Below, piece after piece: positions 1 to 12,432 of a stretch of DNA of 64,000 nucleotides. Position 1 is the first letter of the stretch, and each line of letters begins with the position of its first letter. The notes beneath the pieces were generated by a model. The model ran no database searches, was not told the DNA's origin, and worked only from the letters and a program-made list of their open reading frames with translations. A program made the position numbers and the translations under genes. Origin of the DNA: Dicyema japonicum. Lineage: Eukaryota; Animalia; Dicyemida. The stretch is from the NCBI GenBank assembly GCA_011109175.1, contig RDEW01000002.1:1953413-2017412 (forward strand), given 5' to 3'.

Positions 1-965
1 GAGGTTATTGCCAGATTAAAGAATTCACAGGTCTGAGGCCCTGACAAGGTATCTTCAATTCACCTGAAACACCTAAACAAACACGCAATTGGCTACCTCA
101 CGCAAATATTTAACCTGTTTATCAATTGCAATATTATTCACAAGATTTGGAAGAACTCTGTTATCAAACCAGTTTTGATGGCTTTAAAACAGGATTTAAT
201 GCAGCCCATCACACACGAGAACCACAATCAAAGAGTTTAAGTACCAATATGGGCACTCCACAAGGAGATTTTTTATCGCCAATTCTACTTATCATATACC
301 TCGAAGCTGCCCTCGAGAGCTAAGCGAAGATATGGGTCCCAAATACGAAGACACAATCGAATTACTATATGCGGATGATGTAGACATTGTGTCTACTGAA
401 CAGGAATTACTTAACCAAATTTTACTCCAAGGCAAACTTTTTTAAAATAAATCTGTGCATATACATTAAAAAAACTACATACGAATCGAACAAAAAATCA
501 AGAAATGATAAATGCTGGAGATCTGGATAAGAAGTATGTATCACTGAAACTTCGTGTCAGACTATCAGTTTGTTACGACAATATTCCTGAACATGGGGAA
601 TTTCGAAAACGATTTAGACTGTGCATATGACTGGAATCTACTGCCAGAAAAAATCTCAAACGAAAAACTATATACTCTATGTAAATCTAGACTAATTAGC
701 ATAAACGTTATTTTATCGAGATGGCAACTATTTGGATATATTTTTAGACTGGACCCGACTATGGAAATATTTCTACTGCGCCGGAAGTCACGGATTTTGA
801 GGCAGACCGAAATACACTTCCAATTTTCTTAAAAGATGATTAAGAAACAACAGGTCGTAAATTGGTGACAGCAGACGATCTAGACGATGTTCGAAAAATG
901 GCGAAGAGGATGCCTGCAAATCATGGCTCAAGCGAAACCTTTTAGTGCTACGTGAAAGAGCACTT
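1..965 (+). mobile_element. Decayed RTE-like non-LTR retrotransposon, RT and 3' part
   Basis: Fragments PQGDFLSPILLIIYLE, YADDVD and RWQLFGYIFR resemble the intact RT ORF at 44298-46280; many stops and frameshifts. Confidence 0.8.
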
Positions 966-2149
966 AACTAATCGGTTGACTAATACCCAGGGAGTGAACA
1001 CAATCGGTTGACTGCCAACCGACTGCCGAAAAATCAATATGTACGCTTTTCACCTCATACCTGTCACAGAGATCCAAGAATTTTCATTGCTCCTGTCTAC
1101 AGTCTCCCTCAATTCTTGGATTAATGCTCGACAGGCTTCTGAATTTCAACTTCCCATGCGAAGAAAGTCCTCACTAAAAGCCTGCATAGCTGAACGTAGG
1201 ACTCTTGAATTTGGATGTTTCTGTTACAATACTCTACCGGCATACTATCTCGCCGGGTGGAAGATACCTCTGTTGATAGGAGATTCGCGTGATCAGAGAC
1301 TCCACAGACTCAACTCGATGTACCTTAAAACCACACATATGATGGGCCCTCATATTAGATCAATCCTCTTACTCACGGAAACTACGACCCGTAGTCGCTG
1401 ATCCAGATTCCTCCGCGTCTGTGAGGAAGATGGAAACCAATTTCCCCAGTCAAAAAAATAGATTGGTAAAAAGTTCCCTTCCCCAATCGAATTCCTCTGC
1501 AGAAATAAAAGAAGGCTCTTTCTTACGGAAGTGGGAACAATGGGGGATCGCAGACGGTGGATGGCTCGATTGATTGCGGGACTTGGAGTTAACTAAATTT
1601 CTGAAGTTTTTTGTCTTTCTTTCTCGGTGATCTCTGGGTCTACAAAAATAAATAATGAATCAATAGAGCACTCTCTTTAACATTGACAAAATTATTAGAC
1701 AATTTCTCCATTCTGTCGGATCTCTGGGAGCATTCACTCTTGGCTTTGACGTTTTTGTTAGTCAAACGAGGTAAAATTTATGGTGTATGGAGCTGAAACA
1801 CTCTTGCATTAGAAGAGAAGATTCATCCTCTTTCTCATCCTTTTTGCATTGGTGACTCTCCAGACGACCTGCCCTAAATGAGATCATCAATCTGGAGTCA
1901 GTTGAGATTCCGTATCTAATCGAGCCCCAAAGCTTGACCACGTGGGTAGGAAGAGACCTGATGGAATGACTATTTTCTCATTTTCAAAAGGACCGAGTTT
2001 TATTTTTTACGGAAAACAAAATTAAATCAACACTACTAACCGCTTCTAAACCTTTCTCCTCTTAGAAGAGGAATCGTTGACCTGAAACCCATCCATTCAC
2101 TCCTCACCTGGGTTGCCTGGAATGTCATCAAACTGATTTGCTAATTCCA

Positions 2150-2445
2150 CCAGGTGATTGGTTGCTGTAACCAAATCTTCCTTGATAGTGTGCACCCAAT
2201 ATTTATACTTCACCAACATGCTCTCCAACGTCTTTGAGGACAACAAATTGAATGCATCGATTGTGATGGCTCCCAAGTGAGTTCCACGTTAGAAGAATAG
2301 TTATGATTTTGACTGGAGAGCATACACTAACTTGAGCTCTCCTGCCAATAAATCATGCTTGTGCAACTTTTCTACTTCAATGTGCTTCAATAATCCTTGA
2401 GAAGTAATTAAAATTTCAATAAGTACAATTTCATTCTTCATTTTA
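2150..2445 (-). mobile_element. R4/Dong-like (RLE-type) retrotransposon, C-terminal endonuclease fragment
   Basis: Translates KNEIVLIEILITSQGLLKHIEVEKLHKHDLLAGEL, the same motif block as at 11190-11640 and 47830-48200. Confidence 0.6.
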
Positions 2446-2452
2446 TTAATAA

Positions 2453-2753
2453 TAAAGCCTTTTCACGAGAGCCATAATATTTATATCTCTGCATAGGCAG
2501 GACACACACTTTATTTAAGTAAAGAACAGTTAATTTTAACTAATCGTAGAACCAAGGAATGATCTTCACTTCTTCTTTTTTTGTGTGTGGGTCCATTCCA
2601 GTTCCGCAGTGAGTATCCACTGATGACGGCGTCACTCGTCAAACCCTTTCTGCATCGTAGATGCGTGGAACCTTCCACCAGGTGAACAGCAGCGAGAATC
2701 GAGCCCGTAACATAAGTCACTTTAGCCCGACACCTAACCACTACGTCACCCGG
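2453..2753 (-). mobile_element. tRNA-derived SINE, copy A
   Basis: A-box-like TGACGTAGTGG, B-box-like GGCTCGATTC, short (TTA)n tail; near-identical to 4621-4932. Confidence 0.8.
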
Positions 2754-2789
2754 GAAAAACAGTGAATAATATTCTTAATTCCCGAGAGT

Positions 2790-3298
2790 CCATACTAAAA
2801 ACATATAAAAATTATATTCCTTTAACAAAGACTCGCAAATTGTTAAAATTTCCTGAACTTGATACTAAGCCTGTTGAATGGATGGATTTGTTGGGATCTA
2901 AGGGTACTTTTAATTTGTTTATGTTAGGTGCTTTGTTAAATGATGGACTCAAATAAAGCACAAAATATTGCTGAAAAGTTGTAATCAGTGATTTCGAGAA
3001 TTCAAAAGGAATTCTTACAAAATTCAAAAAAAGACATGGTTTTTGAATGCATAAGTTACATGGGAAATACTGACAACCAGCCTGACCTAGAGAGATTTGT
3101 AGATCATTTTGAAGAATCCACGCAGCAGGCTTCCTCAACTGACATTTGTTTAATAGTTAAAAAAAATATATTTTTTAAAAAAATATAATTAAAAAAAAAA
3201 AAAAAAATTAATGGTTTTTCAAATAAATTTTTTTTAAATTTCCAAATTGGCCAAAATAGTACAGGTACATTTTTGGCCAATTTAAGGGACGTACTGTA
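2790..3298 (+). mobile_element. pogo/Tigger-like DNA transposon remnant
   Basis: KFPELDTKPVEWMD (CENP-B HTH-like) fragments; TIR-like end TTGGCCAATTTAAGGGACGTACTG followed by TA at 3297. Confidence 0.65.
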
Positions 3299-3309
3299 GT
3301 TTTTTATAA

Positions 3310-4320
3310 TTACTGTTTATGCTCTGATTTATTAAAGCTTGTTCCTTCGCCCCTTGACAAATCCGTTTCCCCCTCAATTGACTAACAGAAAAATGTCTAA
3401 CAATTCAAAATAATCGGTAATTATTGAGTTGACACATTTTGTGACCGATTTATTCAATATGGCCATACATGTGATGGGACGTAAACCATTAGACGATCCA
3501 CAAGCAGACTTTTTGGGCAATAAATGAGTAACTCCTTTGTAGAACCACATTTCTGGTGAGTATTTTCCGAATTTTTTCACATAGATAATTGTGAAGGGAC
3601 TCGAACTTCTTAAAAAAGTAACACCACATGATTTCTAATTTGGTGATTAATTGATAATATTTTTAATAACTCGTAAGCTCCTTTTTTACTTTTTATATTA
3701 GTAAGGTGTCAAGATGTCCATCAACTTTACTTTTTCTCTGATTTTTAGGTCTCTAAAGGTACTGAAAAAGAAAAGGTTATCTTTAAGCTCAGAAATTTTC
3801 TTTTTTTCTTTCCACAAGCTCGTGACATTGGATATGCCTTTATTAGTGGAGAAACGAGAATTGAATTTCCATCCTCCACGAGGGATCCTTCCAGAACTGG
3901 CTTTGGAACATTTAACAACTTCAGTCACCCAATCGCACTTTTCTAAGTGTTGAACACCAGCGATCATAGCCTTAAGAGGAAGGAGGTGATTAGGCACAGG
4001 TCTTCCTTTAAGGTCCTTGAAAAATCTCACGAGGTTGATGGAGCAAGTCTTCCAACTTTGGGTACTGTATTTTTACTAATTGCTTCAGTAGGAGAGCCAG
4101 TTGAATTCCAAATTCGGACTCTATCCAGCCCTCAGAGATCGACTCCGTTTCATCCCAATCCACTTTGAAACCTGTGAAGAGATGCCAGGGAATTGTCATC
4201 GTTCGTGAAAATGCCAATTGTCTCTTGACAGCTGAGCTTGATTTATTGATAATCTTTTGTTTAAATAAATTTGTAACCCAAAAATTTAAAGTTAATGAAG
4301 TCAGGGTTTTCAACCATAAA
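3310..4320 (-). mobile_element. R4/Dong-like retrotransposon, decayed RT N-terminal region
   Basis: WFYKGVTHLLPKK...LRPITCMAILNKSVTKC and AKEQALIN are typical of RT motifs 1-2 of RLE-type elements. Confidence 0.65.
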
Positions 4321-4620
4321 AGTTGAGGCTCCGTGCACCATTTGATCTCAAAACTATCATTAAAGTCGCCTTATTGTCCTTAACTTGATTTGATATCAAA
4401 AAGATTACTGTTACTCTTATTTTTGAACGACATTGGACGCCTAAAATCGTGATACAAATTTACTAATTTTATCATACAAAGGTGAATTTCGTCACAAAAC
4501 AAGCAGTGGGGCCTCATAAACAAATTTTATAATCCAAAGTGATAGTGGAACTTATTAAGAGAAAGACAGAAAAAGTCAAACAGTTAGGTGGTCACAGTTC
4601 CCGCAATCGACTGAGCCTAA

Positions 4621-4932
4621 TAATAATAATAAAGCCTTTTCACGAGAGCCATAGTATTTATATCTCCGCATAGGTAGGACACACTTTATTTAAGTAAAGA
4701 ACAGTTAATTTTAACTAATCGTAGAACCAAGGAATCATCTTCACTTCTTTTTTCTTTTTCTTGTGTGAGTGTCCTTTCTAGACAATCCAGTTCCGCAGTG
4801 AGTATCCACTGATGACGGCGTCACTCGTCAAACCCTTTCTGCATCGTAGATGCGTGGAACCTTCCACCAGGTGAACAGCAGCAAGATTCGAACCCGTAGC
4901 CTAAGCCCGACAACTAACCACTATGCCACAAC
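4621..4932 (-). mobile_element. tRNA-derived SINE, copy B, full length with TSD
   Basis: Starts GTTGTGGCATAGTGGTTAG (A box), GGTTCGAATC (B box), (TTA)n tail; 14-bp TSD TCGACTG(A/G)GCCTAA at 4607-4620 and 4933-4946. Confidence 0.88.
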
Positions 4933-5031
4933 TCGACTGGGCCTAAGAATTTTTTGTGTCAAAAAACAGTCATTCTCTCAGTTATTTATGATTATTATTT
5001 ATAAAAATTAATAATTGTTTTAAATAATATA

Positions 5032-5630
5032 ATGGTCTTGTGTTGTTGTTAAAAGTAGAAAATAGGACTTGAATTTTCGTTCGAATTGGAGAATGTAAGC
5101 AAAATTGTGGTCCCAGATGACTATGACTGGCACATTAGGATTAAATGTACTTCCTGTGAGGAAAAATCTGAAAACGGACATTTCATAAAAGTAAACCAGA
5201 ATGTAAATTATCACCAATTATTTGAGAATATACAAAAACTGGCCCAGGAACGTGATTGGTCGTGCAATCTCGTCATGTCTTGTAAATTTTGCAGAAAACG
5301 GATCACCGTGGGTAACCGGTAGTTATAACCAAGACATCGACCCCGATAGTATCATCCCTTATAGTTATGATAATAACGGAAACTTTCAGACGGTGGTAAA
5401 ATTCCAACTCAGGGGAGCAGATTTGATCGAATTTAAATTTAGAGTTTATGGTGGATATTCAATTTAGGGAGATTTTGTTGTGGTTTCTGAGGGAGGGACT
5501 GTCTTTGAAGAAGTCTTGTTGGAAGATGGGGTAAAATTGGATTTAATTGTAGGAATGGGCTTCGTATGACGAAGAGTTCAACCAGACTGTGTTAGTCATG
5601 AATGCTAAATGGAGATTTATTTCTGTATAA
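5032..5630 (+). CDS. CZIB: CXXC zinc-binding protein (UPF0587/C1orf123 family), about 160 aa
   Basis: Introns 5035-5058, 5203-5226 (in-frame, less certain), 5312-5333, 5444-5467, 5531-5552. Spliced: MKIGLEFSFELENV...KCTSCEE...SCKFCRK...FQTVVKFQLRG...EWASYDEE, matching the family. Confidence 0.9.
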
Positions 5631-5699
5631 TTTTTAAATTGGTATTGTCCTCAGTCATATATTTTTGTGATAAACTCGGAAAATAATTTAGTATAAAGT

Positions 5700-8660
5700 C
5701 TGGTTATTGTCAACGTCCAGTGTTTTTAGCCTTTATGGTTTTAATAATTATATTCGCCAGCCCCAACCGAGTTGTCATATAAAATTCATTTTCTTCGTCC
5801 TCAAGACAGCAATTAAAACTATTTTTAGGCCCTGTCTCCACAATTTGTCAAAGTGCTCGATTGCGGATAGCTTCAATAAGGAGGATCGTGAAATCTGCAT
5901 TGCCTACGAAGGACTTGCATACGTCATCATGGGTCGGATAAATTGTTCATAAATCATGGCAAGGCTACCAGTATGTCTCAGTATGTCACTTTTAAAATTC
6001 TCATTTTCCTCAGAGCAGAAGTTACTATGTTCTCAAGATAAAGGTGACTCCCAGAATCTTCGGTGTTTGTTAATAAAAATAGCCTCGTTCATCATAAAGA
6101 TTTTTGGTTCGACACAGAGCTGTCTTTGGTAAGTGGTAAACAGCGTGACAAAGGACTTTGTTGCTGATGCGTCGACTCTCCGCTTCGAGAGCCATAGTTC
6201 CAGCTTGTCAAGCATTTGTTGGACTGAGTCGCTGATTGAATGCTTCTGTCCTTGGAAGCAAGAATGATATCGTCGACATAGGAGAGGATTAGACAGTTTT
6301 CATTACAGGTTTGTGGCATGTCGTTTATGTAGAGATTGAAAAAAGATGTCGATGGTAGGGATCCTTGAGGGACTCCATTTGGTATGAGACGGGATTTTGA
6401 TTTTATGTTATTGCAAATCACTTGTCCACGTCTCCACTTGAGAAGTTGGCAATCCATAGTTTTATGTTTGGGTGGATGCATGTATCGTAAATTTTCTCAG
6501 TAAGGAGTTTTCTTGAGACTGTTTCGAGAGCCTTTGTTACATCAACAAAGACCAAGACTGTTCGTTGGTGTGGTTTAGTGAAATTGAATCCCTCCGCAAT
6601 AAACTGGCACAGGGACGTTAGGTATGTTGCAGTGGAGTGTTTAGCCTGGAATCCTTGTTGGAAGGGAGAGAGCGGGATGTAGTCTTTGATATTTATGAAC
6701 ATAGGATCGAGATTGGTCTGTAGGAAAAGGGGTCATTTTCGGATTTTCCTGGGGTCATCGGTTTGATTGATGATCTCTTCCAGACATACGGAATAGTGTT
6801 CATATTTATTGATATTGTGAAATGTAGCGATTAAATCTAAAGCAAGAGGTTCTAGATGCTTTAGTTTAGAAATATTTCTGGACCTCGGTCTTTGGAGTTT
6901 CGGGTTTTTGATATTCCCACTGGACGTCCTTCGCCGTAAATATGGTCCGCACGTATGATCCTTCGGTTTTATTCGTTTAAGAGTACTTGGTGTTCTTTGG
7001 AATGGTTTTATGTGCTATGGAAGCATAGTAATTCATTGAGGTGTTTGGTTTGCAATGATATCCCATTTTGCGGTTCATCAAAAGACCTTTTGATAGACTT
7101 GATTTTGTTCCAGACCTTCTGTACTGACGGATTTTCTGTTAGAGCTTTTGATAGTTCTGTCCAGCTTTTCTCGTTTTTTACTGATATATTTGTTAATCTC
7201 CTTGTTTAGTGTACGAATTCTTATTATATCTCCTTCGACGGTATGTTCTTTTTCTTTAGTTTCTTTCTTTGACTAAATGTTTGGCTGTTGAATTGAATCG
7301 CCTGTTCGTCGGTTGTCTTCCCATTTTCTAGCTTCTTGACTGAGCGAAGAGAACTGCTTTATGATGTTGTTTAATGATGATGCAGCATGTAGTTTTGATG
7401 ACTTGATCTGCATGTCAATACTGACGGATTTTCTTTTAGGGCTTTTGATAGTTCTGTCCAGCTTGCAAATCTTTGCCAGTCGCCTGTTCGTCGGATGTCT
7501 TCCCATTTTCTAGCTTCTTGACTGAGCGAAGAGAACTGCTTTATGATGTTGTTTACTGATGAGGCAGCATGTAGTTTTGATGACTTGATCTGCATGTCAA
7601 TACTGACGGATTTTCTTTTAGGGCTTTTGATTGTTCTGTCCAGCTTGCAAATCTTTGCCAGTCAGCGAGGTTATAATTTATCAAAGTAGGGAATGACCCT
7701 TAATTTGATCTTGTTTTTATTTGTAAAATGATCGGATTATGATCACTCATCGTTTCGTATTTCACTCTCCATGAAATTGAAGAAGCCGGAAGGGAAGACG
7801 CGATTGAAACGTCAGGAAATGATGGTCTAGCATTTTGTCTTGGGGGTTCTTGTGTGAAAATTAGGGTCGTTTAGGATGCAAAATGTTCCCAAGTATTCGA
7901 TTAGCATGTCTCCCCGTCTGATTGACGTCTGACCTCTCAACCAGAGCGGGTGTTTTGTATTTAGGTCACCGCAAAGAAGAACGTCCTTTAGTGAGCTGAT
8001 CGACGAAAGTTTCGGGCAAGTGGCTGATGATAAAAAATAGATATGAATTGATCAGAGTAAGACGTAACTTTGGGAGTTGGATTTTTGTGGCCAGAATAGA
8101 GCGGGTGTTTTGTATTTAGGTCACCGCAAAGAAGAACGTCCTTTAGTGAGCTGATCGACGAAAGTTTCGGGCAAGTGGCTGATGATAAAAAATAGATATG
8201 AATTGATCAGAGTAAGACGTAACTTTGGGAGTTGGATTTTTGTGGCCAGAATTTCGATACTTTTATGGTTTTGGAGACGGTTGTAGACGTATTTGGTGAT
8301 ATCTTCATAAGGGATCCCGTTTTGTATGATAGTTAGTAACCCTCCCCCAAGTTTTCCACATCTATCTTTGGGGACAACTGAGTATCCAGGAAATTTTGGA
8401 ATTATGTTCGCACTTCTGAGTTTGGATTCTTGTAATAGAAGGACGTCAATTCTAGATTTTTCCATAATGTCTCTGACTTCGATGATCTTATATCTCATCC
8501 CGTGTATATTCATTTGCATGGTCTTTAAAGGTCCGGGGTTCGATTCGACGCCCCCACATAGAGACAGTCCGTCCTTGTAACCTAGGGCAGTGTAACTCTT
8601 TTCTTTAAAATGTCTCCAGTTTGGTGAGTTACGTGACATCCAACCAACCACAAAACACGG
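5700..8660 (-). mobile_element. Decayed APE-type LINE (Jockey/I-like) with endonuclease and RT
   Basis: APE motifs MQMNIHG, LLLQESKL, GGGLLTII (8121-8651); RT motifs FQQGFQAKHST, FVDVTKALETV, GVPQGS, SYVDDI (6092-6702). Confidence 0.85.
8529..8600 (-). other. 2A-like (StopGo) peptide directly upstream of the LINE APE domain
   Basis: In-frame GLSLCGGVESNPGP followed by LKTMQMNIHG; consensus is (D)VExNPGP, with G here in place of D. Confidence 0.7.
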
Positions 8661-8676
8661 CGTTTGTAGAGTCTTC

Positions 8677-10890
8677 TTTTATTATTATAGGCACGTACGC
8701 GATGCCAAGATCATGACAAAGCATGTGCAACACGAAAAGTTAACAATCTAATTAACGTCGCCCATCTTTTTCGATCCGTTGCCATGTTCCGTAGCATATC
8801 TAGATCGTCCCAATCTTTAAGGCACTTTCCAATCCTCTTGAGATCTTCATCTAGAATAACCGGCAGTGTTGTTCTCTGACGGCCTCGGAAACAAGAAGCT
8901 TCTAAGACAAAATACTCCTCCATTGCTATGTTGGCAGGGGTTCCCATATCGTGGCGGAGTATGTGTCCAAAGAGCCTCCATCTTGAATCAGTAATATCAC
9001 ATGATATTGGCTTAGTTCCTGTTCTCTTGTATAAGATTTCGGACGGCATTTTGAAAAAGCTTCGAGAAGAAAGGAGTGCTTGGAGATGATTTCTGTGAAA
9101 AAAATTCAACTTTTCGAGTTCCTGCCCTGTACATGCCCATGTACCGGCATTATATAATAGAATTGGGCTCACTAGGGCATTGTATAGTCTCATTCGAGTT
9201 TTAGGGTCAAGCCCTTTGTGCAGAAGCCAGGTCTCTTCATTTTGTTGAAAGCGACATTGGTTAGTGTCTTCCTTCGTGCTATATCTTGTGTCACCGAGTA
9301 GGGACCCTAGTTTTTTTGATCTACGCCAGTGCTCGTCGGTCCTTTCCTCACTTCTTTTTAGCTTTGTGATTTCGGTTTTGTTTGTGTTTACTTTTAATGA
9401 CCACTCAGCCATTTTATCAGGCATTTTCTCCAAAAGTGCAATTANTTTAGGGTCAAGCCCTTTGTGCAGAAGCCAGGTCTCTTCATTTTGTTGAAAGCGA
9501 CATTAGTTAGTGTCTTCCTTCGTGTTATATCTTCTGTGTCACCGAGAAGGGATCCTAGTTTTTTTGATCTACGCCAGTGCTTGTCGGTCCTTTCCTCACT
9601 TCTTTTTAGCTTCGTGATTTCGGTTTTGTTTGTGTTTACTTTTAATGACCACTCAGCCATTTTATCAGGCATTTTCTCCAAAAGTGCAATTAACTTTTTT
9701 TTGTTATTCGAAATAAAGTCCACGTCGTCCGCATATGCTATTGTTCCTTCTCTGATATGAGGCTTCAAGTCTCGTAGAGCTGCCTCCAGATAAATAATGA
9801 ACAAAATCGGGGATAATGGATCTCCTTGAGGGGTACCAATTGTCGTTTCAAATGTCCTCGATAAAGCTTTCCCAGTCCTGACCATCAAACTCGTGTCCGT
9901 CAAGAGTGTCTTTACCATCCTAATCGTTGAGCTTTCCAAGAAGTGCTCCAGTATTTGCAGCAGCTTGTTCCTGTTGACGGAATCAAAGGCCTTTGACATA
10001 TCAATCCCCAGAATGGTTGTCGTTATTTTAAATTTTTGAACAGTCGCACTTCTCCATTTGTGGCTCCATATAACATCTGACGTTGATCTCTTGCGGAAGC
10101 CACTTTGATAAGCCGACAGGTACGGGTCTAGGCGTCCCTCCATTCTTTGAAGCGTAATATTGGCTAGTATCTTCCGTAATGTGTTGGTTAATACCACTGG
10201 TCTTAGGTTCTCAACTTTCCCCGATTTTTTGTTTGGCTTCTGTACTGGTATCAATAGTCCTTCTCAAGTGGCTCCTTTACTATACATTTCGTTTAGAATC
10301 CAGGCAATTATCATGTATAGCTTTTGAGTTCCATATTTGAAAAATTCACCATTTAAGCCATCTGGGTTGGGACTCTTATTGTCCGTCAGTTTGAAACTTG
10401 CTGTCATCACTTCTTCCAAAGTTATTTCTTCGTCTAATTTTCCCTGATCCGTGTTAATGATGAGTTTTGTGCCATTTTTTGATACGAATTGTGCTTCAAA
10501 AAAATCCGCTATAAATTCTGCAATTTCTTGTTGGTTAGCAATATGTTTTCCTTTTTCATCTCGTAAAATCAGTGTTTTCCTTGGTAGTTTTCTGATTTGT
10601 CCGACAGCTTCATAAAACTTCGCATTGTCTTTAAGGCCTTCGATTTTCTCTATTTTTGTTATTGTTTCGTTCTTTAATATTCAACGTGCAGCTTTTCTTA
10701 TTTTCTTTTTGATGACTGTTCTTTCCTTTTGTAGCCGCTGTTTCGTATTTTTGTCATCTGTATTTAGACATTGTATCCATATCGCCTTTTGTTGATTTGC
10801 AAAGAGTTTCAAAGCGGTTGCTTCTTCAGTGGGTATTTTAGTTACGTAGTCCTCTTTCAGGTTACGTAGTCCTATATATCCGCAGCAATC
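8677..10890 (-). mobile_element. RTE-like LINE, 5' truncated and disrupted
   Basis: RT motifs LRPVVLTN, GIDMSKAFDS, PQGDPLSP, YADD, RWRLFGHILR; (TAA)n tail near 8680; in-frame stop near 10265 and a frameshift near 9480. Confidence 0.9.
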
Positions 10891-11189
10891 ATGATCTTCT
10901 GTTTGACCAAGGTCCACGCAATTTGCGGTGCCAAATCTACTGATATTTCTTCCAATCCCTCATCGANNNNNNNNNNNNNNNNNNNNNNNNNNNNNNNNNN
11001 NNNNNNNNNNNNNNNNNNNNNNNNNNNNNNNNNNNNNNNNNNNNNNNNNNNNNNNNNNNNNNNNNNNNNNTATTTAATAGCTGCTGGCCTCCTACAAGTT
11101 AGTGAGGCAAGGGTTACTTAACTAACTAACCTCTATTCCTGTATAGGTGTGTTCACTCAACATTCAGAGATTATCCTAGGTTGACATTC

Positions 11190-12300
11190 CATGCCGTCTT
11201 ACTTCTCACCAGGCATCGATCCTCCATGTCTCTCTTCAGCTTGCATACTCTGCCGAGTTTTCCTTAGCAATTGCGTTTGTATAAAAGCTTTGACACTCTC
11301 CTCCACTTTGAGGGCATCCAGGTGGCATTTGAAGAATCTGGGGACAATTCCATACCAGGTGATGTCCACAGGGATTATTTTCACCTTAGCCCTATGAATA
11401 ATTTCAAGTTCGTTCGCCAGTAGGTCATACTTGTGGAACTTTTTTACTTCAAAGTGATCCCACTTTTAACAAAAGTAATCGCATTTTTTGTCTTATCAAA
11501 ACGAAAAAGTAGGGTTTGTTGTTCGTTACAGCCGTCCGTATCCGTCTCCACAAATTCATTTGCGACAACAGATCATACTGTATGAGTCTTGAGTTTCTTA
11601 GTTTTATTATTCTATATGACGGCAAAGATATAGGTGTTAACATCTGACCACTTCGTTATGCCGCCTGAGATGTGAGCTATTCAGCATTCTCCCACACCTA
11701 GTTGCAAGGTGATCGACGTTCTTTTTTGCTGAGTTACAATGTCCGCAATTAGTTTCTCCGTATCAAAAAACATGCTACGATCCTGAAATAGACACAGCCT
11801 TCTCTCGGTTATAGGAAAGTGATTTTCATGCACTAGCTATCCAGAGGACTCAGCAATATTTACTTCGATGTCTTTCAAACACTGAAATAAAATAGAGTGC
11901 AGAGGTTTTTTCTCAATTTTTTTCAATAAAGATCATGCTGTATTTCCATCAATTTCGACAGGTCCTTCACATTTTCAATGTTGTACTTTCGGGAAATAAA
12001 TTCTACGATAAGTGTGTTTTCTTTGAATTAATGACCCGTCGTATTCCCGCTGTTCTTAGGCAGTAATTTGCCTTATGTTCCAAGTCACCATAAAATCGGA
12101 GGAGCATTCGTTCTGCTTTGCTACTGACAGACTCGAGACATCTTCCAAATTTATTTCTTGGCAGATAAAGTCTTTCTTTGTTCGTCGGTTGCAAGTGAAT
12201 ATGTCGCGAGCACTGAAAGTGATGACTTGACAGGTGGCAACATCTGTCATGATCAGGGTTGTTAAAAATCTTGATTTTTATGAAAAAAAGGTTCCCATTC
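11190..12300 (-). mobile_element. R4/Dong-like retrotransposon, C-terminal half (thumb to RLE endonuclease), decayed
   Basis: HIHLQPTNKERLYLPRNKFGRCL, KFHKYDLLANELEII, KIIPVDITWYGIV, VKAFIQTQLLRKT. Confidence 0.75.
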
Positions 12301-12432
12301 AAAATGGCCTCCGATAAATTTTTTCAGGTTTTGGATAAGTTCATCAATAAACATCACGAGATATTTTACCAAGGTCCTCGACATCTTTAGGTAAAAAAGT
12401 CATCTTTTTTAAATCTTATAAAAATTGATTTT

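Noticed and set aside
2615-2660. CTGATGA...AAAC hammerhead-like core in the SINE
   Set aside because: Antisense to the SINE, lacks GAAA after stem II (TCAAAC instead) and has no stem III/NUH site.
4880-4932. tRNA gene
   Set aside because: A and B boxes are present, but there is no acceptor stem or anticodon arm; it is the SINE head.
7270-8250. 182-nt and about 155-nt tandem duplications inside the LINE; similar ones at 35015-35250, 40810-41020, 42510-42800, 53670-53900, 55830-56030
   Set aside because: Two-copy local duplications, mostly in decayed repeats or spacers; no spacer-repeat (CRISPR-like) organisation, and may be slippage or assembly error.
8529-8560. GGTTCGATTC B-box suggesting a tRNA gene
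   Set aside because: It is the reverse complement of the ESNP codons of the 2A-like motif; no A box or cloverleaf.
9245-9640. Near-perfect direct duplications flanking single Ns (9445, 17149, 28141, 36756, 39656, 46639, 62598, 63042)
   Set aside because: Each pair abuts exactly one N, the signature of unmerged overlapping contig ends; treated as assembly artefacts.
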